From NCBI GenBank assembly GCA_963169075.1, contig CAUJGC010000434.1, positions 1 to 63,805 on the forward strand: 63,805 bases of DNA, written 5' to 3'. The DNA is from Myxococcota bacterium (GTDB taxonomy: Bacteria > Myxococcota_A > Bradymonadia > Bradymonadales > GCA-2716585). A program made the translations under genes and the position numbers. A model generated the notes under the pieces. That model saw only the letters and a list, made by a program, of their open reading frames with translations. It was not told the origin of the DNA and made no database searches. Shown in pieces: positions 47,709-60,123 of the stretch (positions are counted from its first letter, which is position 1; each line of letters starts with the position of its first letter).

Positions 47709-49718
47709 ATGAGCCTCAACCCAGAACAGCGCGCCGCCGTGGAGCACATCCACGGCCCCCTCCTCATCCTCGCGGGCGCGGGCAGCGGCAAGACCCGCGT
47801 CATCACCCACCGCGTCGCGCACCTCATCAAGTCGGGCGTCGAGCCCGAGCACATCCTCGCCATGTCCTTCACCAACAAAGCCGCCGGCGAGATGCGCGAG
47901 CGCGTCGCACACATCACCGGACCGCGCCTCGCCCAGCGCGTCCACCTCTCCACCTTCCACGCCTTCGGCGCCGAGCTGCTCCGCACCTACATCGACCGCA
48001 TCGGCTTCCGAAAGCCCTTCACCATCCTCGACACCGGCGACCAGCTCAAGGTCATCCGCGACGTCCTCGAACACGAGGGCTTCGACCGCGACGAAGTACC
48101 CCCCAAGGACGTCCTCGCCGTCATCAGCCGCGCCAAGAACGCCTTCTGCCAGCCCAAGGGCCTCCAGGGCGCCATGCGCTTCAACCCCATGGTCACCTAC
48201 GCCCAGCGCGTCTTCATGCCCTACATGGAGGCCTGCCGCGCCCTCAACTCCGTGGACTTCGACGACCTCCAGACCCTCCCCATCAAGCTCTTCAAAGAGC
48301 ACCCCGACGTCCTCCAGAGCTGCCGCGACCTCTATCAATATGTCATGGTGGATGAGTATCAAGACACCAATGACACCCAGCTCCTCATGCTCCGCCTCCT
48401 CTGCGCCCCCAAGAACAACCTCTGCGTCGTCGGAGACGACGACCAGGCCATCTACGCCTTCCGAGGCGCCGTCACCCGCAACATCCTCAACTTCGAGCAG
48501 CACTTCCCCGGCGCCCGCGTCATCAAGCTCGAGCAGAACTACCGCTCCACCAGCATCATCCTCCAGGCCGCCAACGCCGTCGTCCACAAGAACAAGGCCC
48601 GACGCGAGAAGGTCCTCTGGAGCGCCCTCGGAGAAGGACACCCCCTGGAGTACTACGCCCTCAGCGACGAGCACGAAGAGGCCAGCTTCGTCGTCTCCGC
48701 CATCGACCGCGCCGGACGCCAGGGCGGCCTCCCCTGGAGCGAGTTCGCCGTCCTCATGCGCACCTCGCGCCTCAGCCAGGCCTTCGAAGAGGAGCTTCAA
48801 GCCGCCGAGATCCCCTACCGACTCATCGGCGGCACGCGCTTCTTCGACCGCCGCGAGGTCAAAGACCTCGTCTCCTACCTCCAGGTCCTCCTCAACCCCA
48901 CCAACGAGGTCGCCCTCCGCCGCATCATCAACACCCCCGCCCGCGGCATCGGACACACCGCCCTCGCCAGGATCGGGGACTTCGCCATCGCCCGCAAGCG
49001 CACCCTCTTCTCCACCCTCGAACACCCCGAGCAGGTCGAGGGCCTCACCCGACCCCAGCAAGAAACCCTCCGCGACCTCCACGGCCTCCTCCAGCGCTAC
49101 CGACGCGCCTTCAAGGCCGCCCAGCCCCCCGAGCTGGGCGACGTCTTCGAGCGCCTCATCGACGAGCTGCGCTTCAAAGAGTTCGCCCTCAGCCTCGACA
49201 AGTCCGAGAAGATCGGCAAGATCCGCCTCGACAACCTCACCTGGCTCGTCTCCTCCCTCCGCGCCACCGCCGAGCGCGGCGGCGACCTCGAAGCCTTCGT
49301 CGCCCGCTGCACCCTGGCCGAAGGCCCCTCCTCCGACAGCGACGACGAAGAGGCCGCCGACGCCGTCACCCTCATGACCCTCCACGCCTCCAAGGGCCTC
49401 GAGTTCCCCCAGGTCTTCCTCGTCGGCTTCGAAGACGGCATCCTCCCCCACGCGCGCAGCCTGGAGGTCGGCGGCGACGGCGACGTCGAAGAGGAGCGGC
49501 GCCTCCTCTACGTCGGCATCACCCGCGCCCAGCAGCGCCTCGTCCTCACCTCCGCCCGCTACCGGGGACGCGGCACCGCCCGCAAAGAGCGCATCCCCTC
49601 GCGCTACCTCCAGGAGATCCCCCCCGAATACCTCCGCGCACACGGCGCCGCCCCCCCCGAAGAGACCCAGAACACCCGCACGCGACGCCTCGACCAGCTC
49701 CGCGCCCTCCTGAAGTGA
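47709..49718 (+). CDS. uvrD: UvrD/PcrA/Rep-family superfamily-1 DNA helicase, 669 aa
   Basis: Motifs NPEQRAAVEH, AGAGSGKT, MVDEYQDTN, VGDDDQAIYAFRGA, LEQNYRS, TLHASKGLEFPQVFLVG and RRLLYVGITRA. Confidence 0.92.
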   Translation: MSLNPEQRAAVEHIHGPLLILAGAGSGKTRVITHRVAHLIKSGVEPEHILAMSFTNKAAGEMRERVAHITGPRLAQRVHLSTFHAFGAELLRTYIDRIGFRKPFTILDTGDQLKVIRDVLEHEGFDRDEVPPKDVLAVISRAKNAFCQPKGLQGAMRFNPMVTYAQRVFMPYMEACRALNSVDFDDLQTLPIKLFKEHPDVLQSCRDLYQYVMVDEYQDTNDTQLLMLRLLCAPKNNLCVVGDDDQAIYAFRGAVTRNILNFEQHFPGARVIKLEQNYRSTSIILQAANAVVHKNKARREKVLWSALGEGHPLEYYALSDEHEEASFVVSAIDRAGRQGGLPWSEFAVLMRTSRLSQAFEEELQAAEIPYRLIGGTRFFDRREVKDLVSYLQVLLNPTNEVALRRIINTPARGIGHTALARIGDFAIARKRTLFSTLEHPEQVEGLTRPQQETLRDLHGLLQRYRRAFKAAQPPELGDVFERLIDELRFKEFALSLDKSEKIGKIRLDNLTWLVSSLRATAERGGDLEAFVARCTLAEGPSSDSDDEEAADAVTLMTLHASKGLEFPQVFLVGFEDGILPHARSLEVGGDGDVEEERRLLYVGITRAQQRLVLTSARYRGRGTARKERIPSRYLQEIPPEYLRAHGAAPPEETQNTRTRRLDQLRALLK

Positions 49719-49723
49719 CGCAA

Positions 49724-49988
49724 CCCCCCCGGCTGCGTAAGCTCCAGGCAAAGCCTGGAGCAACGCAGCCGGTCCCCCCCGTGACGGGGGGACACCGACG
49801 GGTCGCTGGGGGCGTAGGGGAGACGGGTGGGCGGGTGGGCGGCTGCGGGCGACCGCAGGGAGCGTCAGCGACGTGCTGGCGGTGGCGAGCGAGCGCAGCG
49901 AGGGAGGTCGGTGCCCCCCCGTCACGGGGGGGGCCGGGGCCGTTCCTCCTGAGAGCGCAGCGAGCAGGAGGTTACGGCGCCGGGGGGG
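49724..49988. repeat. Copy C of the palindromic repeat family; complete, with L-unit + spacer + R-unit
   Basis: The C7 run starts 5 nt after the uvrD TGA. The G7 run ends directly at the TCA stop (49989-49991) of the minus-strand gene. It shares long exact blocks with copy B (CCGGTCCCCCCCGTGACGGGGGGACACCGACGGGTCGCTGGG; GGCGAGCGAGCGCAGCGAG; CCGTTCCTCCTGAGAGCG.AGCGAGCAGGAGGTTACGG). Confidence 0.8.
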
Positions 49989-50822
49989 TCAGCGCTGGAA
50001 GAAGGAGGAGAAGGAGACGACGACCTGCCCGGCGAGGGAGAGGAGGGTGAGGAGGGCGCAGACGATGGCGGCGATGAGGAACATCTTCTGGCTGGAGGCG
50101 GCGTCGCGGAGGAGCTCTTCTTCGCTCTTTGTGGTGACGAAGAACTTCTTCTTGGGGTCGTCGGGCTTGCGCATGGCGAGGGGGCCCTCGGAGTCGCGGA
50201 CCTCTCCGAGGACGTAGACCTGGGCGTTGAGGGGTAGGAGCCGCTCGACGTACTCGTAGCCGAGGGTGCGGCGGCCAGCCCTGGGGCCAGCGATGTTGAC
50301 GGAGAAGCCTGCGATCTGGAGGCCGAGGCCGGTGGGTCGCTCTCCGGGCTCGAAGCGGCTGAAGCTCTGGACGAGGTCGAGGTCGGCGCCGTCGAGGCGT
50401 AGCTCCAGGCGTCCGGTGCCGTCATCGACGACGCAGGGGGCTGCGCGCTTGTTGCTGGAGACGACGTCGGCGCCGGTGCGGGTGCGTCGGACGCTGCGCT
50501 TGAGCTGCTGGTCGTACTCTTCGTAGTCCTCCTCCCAGCGTCGGGTGACGGTGGTCTCGTAGTAGGCGCAGGGCTGCTGGGAGAGCTCGCCTTGAAGGGG
50601 GGCGTCGCTGAGGAGGCGCCCCTTGATCTCGCAGAGCTGGTTGAAGCCGCCGGGGCCGATCTCGGCGGCGATCTCGCCGGCGCTCTCGATGAGGCTCTGG
50701 ATGGGGACCGTCTCGGTGGCCTTCATCTGGTAGATCTTCTCTTTGAGGCTGAAGAACTTCCAGGTGCAGCCCCCGGCGATCCCCGCGAAGACCACCGAGC
50801 AGAGGCAAGGAAAGAGGTTCAT
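49989..50822 (-). CDS. GIDE-domain membrane protein, 277 aa
   Basis: Track ORF trimmed to the ATG at 50822 (GGGAG upstream). N-terminal TM and C-terminal TM (MFLIAAIVCALLTLLSLAG). The core CEIKGRLLSDAPLQGELSQQPCAYYETTV...PCVVDDGTGRLELRLDGADL resembles the GIDE domain layout. Confidence 0.7.
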   Translation of the reverse strand: MNLFPCLCSVVFAGIAGGCTWKFFSLKEKIYQMKATETVPIQSLIESAGEIAAEIGPGGFNQLCEIKGRLLSDAPLQGELSQQPCAYYETTVTRRWEEDYEEYDQQLKRSVRRTRTGADVVSSNKRAAPCVVDDGTGRLELRLDGADLDLVQSFSRFEPGERPTGLGLQIAGFSVNIAGPRAGRRTLGYEYVERLLPLNAQVYVLGEVRDSEGPLAMRKPDDPKKKFFVTTKSEEELLRDAASSQKMFLIAAIVCALLTLLSLAGQVVVSFSSFFQR

Positions 50823-51031
50823 GGCTCCAGGCTCCCAGGGCGTGCGAGGGAGGCAGGCGCTCCCTCGGGGTGAGTTGGTGTCTTTGTGGCACAGGGCAGG
50901 CGGGGGATCAAGGGCGGGGCGGGGGTGCGGGTTGGATGAGAGCCTTCTCATGTGGGCTCTCAAGCAGGCGGCGGCGCGGAGGTTTAGAAGGAGTGTCGGG
51001 CGCGGGGGGAGGTGGCTTGGAGGAGGTGAGG

Positions 51032-52297
51032 ATGCAGGAGCAGCGGCGGCGTTGGATCGGGTGGATGGTGGTGTTGGCGGCGACGGCGCAGCCAGCGGTG
51101 GTCTGCGCGGAGCCGTCGTCGCTGGCGGAGGTGCAGCGCTGGGCGGAGCAGGCGTGGTCGGCCAGCGCGGGCCGTGAAGGCGAGGCGCGGGCGCGGGGGG
51201 CCGAGGCCGCGCGGGGTGAGGTGCCGGGTTGGCTGCGGGGCGTGGAGGTGGGGGCGGCGCCGGGGTGGGAGGTGACGCGGAGCACCATCGGGCCGGTGGC
51301 GGACACGACGGGGAGCGTGGGGCTGGTGTGGGAGGTGGGGCCGTCGCAGGGCGAGCGCGCCCGGGCGGCGTGGAGCGCGCGAGGTCGGGCGTGGAGCGCG
51401 GAGGCGGCGGCGGCGCGGTGGAGCTTCGTGCGGGCGGCGCTGCGGGGCGCGGTGGAGGTCTGGGGGCTGCGGGCGATGGCGCGGCATCTTGCCGATGATC
51501 TGGAGGCGTTTGACGCGGCGCTGGCGCCGGTGCGCGAGGCGGCGTCCCGCGGGCAGCTCACGCCGCTGGAGGCGGGGGAGTTCGAGGTGGCGCGGGCGCA
51601 GCTGGCGACCGAGGTGGAGGAGGTGCAGCGCGCGGCGCAGGAGCGCCTCAAGCGCCTGGAGGCGGAGGTGGGGGCGGAGGTGGGGGCCTGGGGCGAGGGG
51701 GCGCTGGAGGTCGTGGAGGCGGGGGCGTGGTCGGCGCGCTCGAACCCGTGGACGGCGGTGGCGGCGGCGCTGGGAGCCGATCACCCGGCGGTGCAGGGCG
51801 TCGCTGCGCAGGGGGAGGCGCAGCGCGCGGAGGCGTCGTCGCTGGAGGCGTGGCCGCTGGAGCTGAGCACGAGCGTGGAGGCCCACGAGACAGGCGGCGT
51901 GGTGTGGCTGGCGGGCCGCGTGGGGCTGGTGGTCCCGCTGGCGCCGCCGGAGGCGCCCGCTGCGCGCGCGCTGCGCGCCGAGGCCGAGGCGCAGGAGCTG
52001 GAGGGCGCGCGGCGCCTGGCGACGCTGCGCCGGGAGGTCTTGTGGGAGGAGGCGTCGTGGGAGGCGTCCCGCGCGCAGCTCCTGCGCCGGGAGGAGGCGC
52101 TGCTGGCGCCGCTGGAGGCGCGCGTGGAGCGGCTGGAGCGGAGCTGGCAGGCGGGTCAGGTGGAGGTGCAGCGGGTGATCTGGGCGCGTCGGGAGCTTCA
52201 CGAGGCGCGCCATCAACAGCTGGAGCGGAGCGTCGGGCTCGAGGTGAGCGCGGCGCAGGCCGAGGTCGAGCAGCGCTTGATGCAGGGAGGCAGGTGA
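51032..52297 (+). CDS. czcC: Outer-membrane efflux factor (CzcC/TolC-like) of the RND system, 421 aa
   Basis: ATG at 51032 preceded by AGGAGGTGAGG. Signal peptide (WMVVLAATAQPAVVCA). Two long Ala/Glu/Arg-rich coiled-coil halves. First gene of an operon with MFP and HME-RND genes. The sequence is divergent, so the family call leans on context. Confidence 0.65.
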   Translation: MQEQRRRWIGWMVVLAATAQPAVVCAEPSSLAEVQRWAEQAWSASAGREGEARARGAEAARGEVPGWLRGVEVGAAPGWEVTRSTIGPVADTTGSVGLVWEVGPSQGERARAAWSARGRAWSAEAAAARWSFVRAALRGAVEVWGLRAMARHLADDLEAFDAALAPVREAASRGQLTPLEAGEFEVARAQLATEVEEVQRAAQERLKRLEAEVGAEVGAWGEGALEVVEAGAWSARSNPWTAVAAALGADHPAVQGVAAQGEAQRAEASSLEAWPLELSTSVEAHETGGVVWLAGRVGLVVPLAPPEAPAARALRAEAEAQELEGARRLATLRREVLWEEASWEASRAQLLRREEALLAPLEARVERLERSWQAGQVEVQRVIWARRELHEARHQQLERSVGLEVSAAQAEVEQRLMQGGR

Positions 52298-53352
52298 TGC
52301 GGCGTGGGATGGTGGGTTGTCTGCTGGCGTTGGCAGCGTGCAGCGGCGGCATGGCGGAGGAGCCTGCGGCGTCGCCGGAGCCGCCGCAGCGGGTGGAGCT
52401 GGGCTACGAGGCCGCTGGCGCGGCGACGCAGGGGGACGTGGTGAACCTGCCGGGAGCGGTGGTGCTGCCGGAGGACGCGCAGCACGCGCTGGGTCCGCCG
52501 GGCCCGGTGCGGCTGCGGCGCTGGCTGGTGGCGCCAGGCGAGGCGGTCACCGCCGGGGCGCCGCTGGCGGAGGCGGTGCCGCTGGAGGTGGGTGATCTGG
52601 AGGCGGCGGCGCGGGAGCAGCGCGCGGTGCTCCAGAGCCGGTCGCGGCTGCTGGAGGTGGTCCGGGGTCAGGTGGCCGCCGGGGTGCGGCCTGTGGACGC
52701 GGAGCGGGAGGCGGAGGTGAGCGTGACGGAGGCGCGGGGGCGGCTGGAGGCGCTGACGCGCCAGCAGGCGACGCGGGGGGCCGGTCTGGAGGGTGGGGTG
52801 TGGCGCGCGCCGGTGAGCGGGGTGGTGTCGAGGCTGCGCTGCGCGCCGGGGAGCGTCCAGGGGCCCGAGGCGGCGTGCGTGGAGGTGCTGGAGGTGGGGC
52901 GCGCGCAGGTGGAGGTGCACCTGCCGGAGCGCCTGGAGGGGCGGGTGTCGGTGGGCAGCGCGGCGCTGCTCTATCCAGCGTCGGGAGGGGCGGCGGTGGA
53001 GCTGCGGGTGGTGCGTCAGGCGCCGACGCTGGAGCCGAGCAGCCGGACGCGGTCGATCTATCTGGTGGCGACGTCCGGCGGCGCGCTGGCGGTGGGTTCG
53101 AGCGGCCGGGTGCGGCTCCAGGCGCCTGCGGCGCCCGGCGTGGTGTCGGTCCCGGCGGGCGCGGTGACGGAGCTGGACGGGGCGGAGGTGGTCTTCGCGC
53201 GTCGCGGCGAGGGCGCCGCGGCGGTGCCGGTGCGGGTGGAGGGGCGGGCGGGGGAGGCGCTGCTGGTGCGCGGCGCGGGGTTGGAGGTGGGGACGCCGGT
53301 GGTGGTGCGGGGCGTGCTCCAGGCCAAGAGCGCGGCGCTGTCGTCACCATGA
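52297..53352 (+). CDS. czcB: Periplasmic adaptor (membrane fusion protein, CzcB-like); lipoprotein, 351 aa
   Basis: The ATG overlaps the upstream TGA (GTGATG). Lipobox LLALAAC. It has the expected lipoyl-hairpin-barrel order (VAPGEAVTAGAPLAE ... coiled coil ... APVSGVVSRL ... VSVPAGAV). Confidence 0.75.
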   Translation: MRRGMVGCLLALAACSGGMAEEPAASPEPPQRVELGYEAAGAATQGDVVNLPGAVVLPEDAQHALGPPGPVRLRRWLVAPGEAVTAGAPLAEAVPLEVGDLEAAAREQRAVLQSRSRLLEVVRGQVAAGVRPVDAEREAEVSVTEARGRLEALTRQQATRGAGLEGGVWRAPVSGVVSRLRCAPGSVQGPEAACVEVLEVGRAQVEVHLPERLEGRVSVGSAALLYPASGGAAVELRVVRQAPTLEPSSRTRSIYLVATSGGALAVGSSGRVRLQAPAAPGVVSVPAGAVTELDGAEVVFARRGEGAAAVPVRVEGRAGEALLVRGAGLEVGTPVVVRGVLQAKSAALSSP

Positions 53353-53377
53353 CGGCGCCTCGCCGGGGATGAGCGCG

Positions 53378-53407
53378 TCATGATATGTCATGATATATCA
53401 TGATACA
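53378..53407 (+). repeat. Three perfect-phase 10-bp tandem repeats (TCATGATATG / TCATGATATA / TCATGATACA) in the czcB-czcA intergenic spacer
   Basis: Read directly: TCATGATA starts at 53378, 53388 and 53398. The repeats sit in an AT-rich 84-bp spacer, 30 nt upstream of the czcA ATG with its GAGGAGG RBS. Confidence 0.85.
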
Positions 53408-53436
53408 CGATATGAGAGCTTCTTGAGGAGGTCGGG

Positions 53437-56524
<3,088 letters not shown>

Positions 56525-56544
<20 letters not shown>

Positions 56545-57214
56545 GGACGACGCGCGGGTGGCGAGCTTTCTGGTGCGCGGGCTCCGCGAGGAGGGCTACA
56601 CGGTGGATCTCTGCGGCGACGGGGAGGAGGCGCTGGCGCAGGGGATGTCCCAGCCGTATGACGCGGTGCTGCTGGACTGGATGTTGCCCGGGCTGGACGG
56701 CGTGGCGCTGCTGCGGCGGTGGCGCGAGGCGGGGCTGGTGGCGCCGGTGATCATGTTGACGGCGCGGCGCGGGGTGGACGCGGCGGTGCTGGCGCTGGAT
56801 CAGGGGGCGGACGACTATATCGAGAAGCCGTTCTCATTTGAGGAGCTGCTGGCGCGGCTGCGGGCGAACGTGCGGCGGGCGGCGGCGCGCGGCGAGGCGG
56901 CGTCGCGGGTGCAGGTGGGGACGGCGTGGGTGGATCTTCGGGGGCGGGAGGTCCGGTCGGGGGAGGAGGTCCACAGCTTGAGCGGGCGGGAGTTCGCGCT
57001 CCTGGACATGCTGCTGCGGCACCGAGGCGAGGTGGTGAGCCGGGGGCGGCTCCTGGACCGGGTGTGGGGGATGTCGCACGATCCGACGACGAACGTGGTG
57101 GACGTCTACGTCGGGTATCTGCGGCGGAAGCTGGACGGCGGCCGGGCCGGGGAGTCGGTGATCGAGACGGTGCGCGGGCGCGGCTACCGGCTGCGCGAGC
57201 AGGAGGGGCCGTGA
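56525..57214 (+). CDS. OmpR-family response regulator (CusR/CopR-like), 229 aa
   Basis: Track ORF trimmed to the ATG at 56525 (MLVLVVEDD...). Receiver-domain Asp in LLDWMLPGLDG. Winged-helix C-terminus (LSGREFALLDMLLRHRGEVVSR...VDVYVGYLRRKL...TVRGRGYRL). Overlaps the czcA 3' end by 20 nt. Confidence 0.9.
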
Positions 57215-58635
57215 TGTGGGGGCGTTGGAGGCGGCTGGGGCTTCGGGGGCGGATGGTGGCGGGGGTGGGGAGCGCGGCGGCGCTCTCGATCGGGGCGCTG
57301 GTGGGGGCGCTGAGCTGGGGGCTGCACAGCCACCTGCACGCGCAGACCGATCAGGTGCTGCTGGATCTGGCGCAGCATGACGCGGCGGACGTGCTGCTTG
57401 AGCGCGAGGAGGGGGTGCATGTCCACGACGCGCCGATCGCGCTGCCGTCACTGAGCGGCGAGGTGGCGATGAAGCACGCGCTGGTGCTTGGAGAGGGGTG
57501 CGAGGTGCTGGCGAAGACGCGGAGCCTGGCGCTGCTGAAGGAGGCGCCGGCGGGTCTCTGCGCCGAGATCCGCGCGATGCGCGGCGGGCGTGGCGCGCTG
57601 GACGTGGAGGGGCTGGGGGTCGCGCCGCTGCGGGTGGGGGGGGTGCAGGCCAGGGGGCCGTCAGGCGAGGCGCTGACCTTCCTGGTCGGGGTGGAGCACG
57701 CGGAGCTGGATCGCTCGGCGTGGGAGCTGGCGCGCTTCGGGGTGCTTGGTGGGGTGGCTGCGGTGCTGCTGGTGACGCTGGCGGTGGGTTTTGCGGCGGC
57801 GCAGGTGACCCGTGAGCTGGAGCGGCTGACCGGCGCCTGCGCCGAGCTGGCGGCGGCGGAGGCCGCCGGGCTGCGCCAGGCCGGGTGGAAGGAGCAGCTG
57901 GCGGAGGCGCCCGGAGCGCCGTTTGAGGTGGCGACGCTGGCGCGGACGCTGCGCCGCCTGCTGGGGCAGCAGCAGGAGATGCTGGCGCGCGAGGAGCGCT
58001 TCATCGCGGAGGCCTCGCACGAGCTGAACACGCCGCTGGCGGCGCTGCGCGGTGAGCTGGAGGTGACGCTGCGCCGCGAGCGGACGCGCGAGGAGTACCG
58101 CGAGGCCCTCCAGCACGCCTACGCCGACACGCAGCGGCTGATCCGGCTGGCGGAGCAGCTCCTGGCGACCTCGCGGACGCGGCACGGGGACGCGGCGCTG
58201 CGTCGGGAGGTCGTGGGTGAGGTGATCGCTGAGCGCCTGGAGGCGCTGGAGGCGCAGGCGGAGGCGGCGGGCGTCCGCCTGGTGGCGTCGGGGGCGCCGG
58301 GCTGCGCGGTGTGGGCGGAGCGGGAGGCGCTGGGTCGGGCGCTGGACAACCTGCTCCAGAACGCGCTCCTGCACGCGACGGCGGGGGAGGTGGTGGTGTC
58401 TTGGGAGCCAGGCGGCGAGGGCTGGGTGGAGATCGTGGTGGAAGACGACGGGGTGGGGGTGCCTGCGTCGCTGGCGTCGCGGCTCTTCGAGCCCTTCCAG
58501 CGGGCCTCGCAGGCGCGGGGTCACGGGCTGGGGCTCGCGATCGCGCGGGGGTTGGTGCGCCAGCAGGGCGGGGAGCTGGCCTATGCGCCAGCGGGCCGCG
58601 GGGCGCGGTGGTCGCTGCGGCTGCGCGGCGCGTGA
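57214..58635 (+). CDS. Sensor histidine kinase (CusS-like; two TM helices, HAMP, HisKA, HATPase), 473 aa
   Basis: The ATG overlaps the regulator TGA (GTGATG). H-box FIAEASHELNTPLAAL, N-box LDNLLQNALLHA, G1 VEDDGVGVP and G2 GHGLGLAIARGLV. Confidence 0.9.
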   Translation: MWGRWRRLGLRGRMVAGVGSAAALSIGALVGALSWGLHSHLHAQTDQVLLDLAQHDAADVLLEREEGVHVHDAPIALPSLSGEVAMKHALVLGEGCEVLAKTRSLALLKEAPAGLCAEIRAMRGGRGALDVEGLGVAPLRVGGVQARGPSGEALTFLVGVEHAELDRSAWELARFGVLGGVAAVLLVTLAVGFAAAQVTRELERLTGACAELAAAEAAGLRQAGWKEQLAEAPGAPFEVATLARTLRRLLGQQQEMLAREERFIAEASHELNTPLAALRGELEVTLRRERTREEYREALQHAYADTQRLIRLAEQLLATSRTRHGDAALRREVVGEVIAERLEALEAQAEAAGVRLVASGAPGCAVWAEREALGRALDNLLQNALLHATAGEVVVSWEPGGEGWVEIVVEDDGVGVPASLASRLFEPFQRASQARGHGLGLAIARGLVRQQGGELAYAPAGRGARWSLRLRGA

Positions 58636-58641
58636 GGCGCC

Positions 58642-58810
58642 CAGGCGTGTTCCAGCCGCCCAGCTGATCACGACTGAGAACACAGGCGTGTTCCACATGA
58701 ACACGCCAATGATCGGTGCAGGGGTTGTGTTCTGGGCTGGATGTCGTATCCTTGCTCATGGGTCGAGAACACAGGGCGGCGACGCCCTCTCCCCAGCAGC
58801 GAGAACACAG
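58642..58810 (+). promoter_or_regulatory. Dense array of GAACAC/GTGTTC-containing direct and inverted repeats in the 229-bp leader upstream of the poly-Asp lipoprotein gene
   Basis: 13-nt direct repeat CAGGCGTGTTCCA at 58642 and 58683. GAGAACACAG at 58676, 58765 and 58801, plus a near copy on the other strand at about 58726. Perfect 9-bp inverted repeat GGCGTGTTC (58685-58693) / GAACACGCC (58699-58707). Confidence 0.6.
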
Positions 58811-58864
58811 ATCGACCACGCCTGGGTGGTCTGCCACGCGACACGCGAGACGAGGAGCGGAGAC

Positions 58865-60031
<1,167 letters not shown>

Positions 60032-60123
60032 TTCGGGGTTGAGCGACGCGGCAGCGCAGGGCCGCCGGGCCCAGCGCAGCCCCGGCGCGGCGCCGGAGGC
60101 GCGGTGCGAGCCAGGAGCGCGCG

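Noticed and set aside
47628-49925. 765-aa minus-strand ORF
   Set aside because: It is antisense to uvrD, whose helicase motifs are all present on the plus strand. Its N-terminus (MTGGHRPPSLRSLA...) is simply a translation of repeat copy C.
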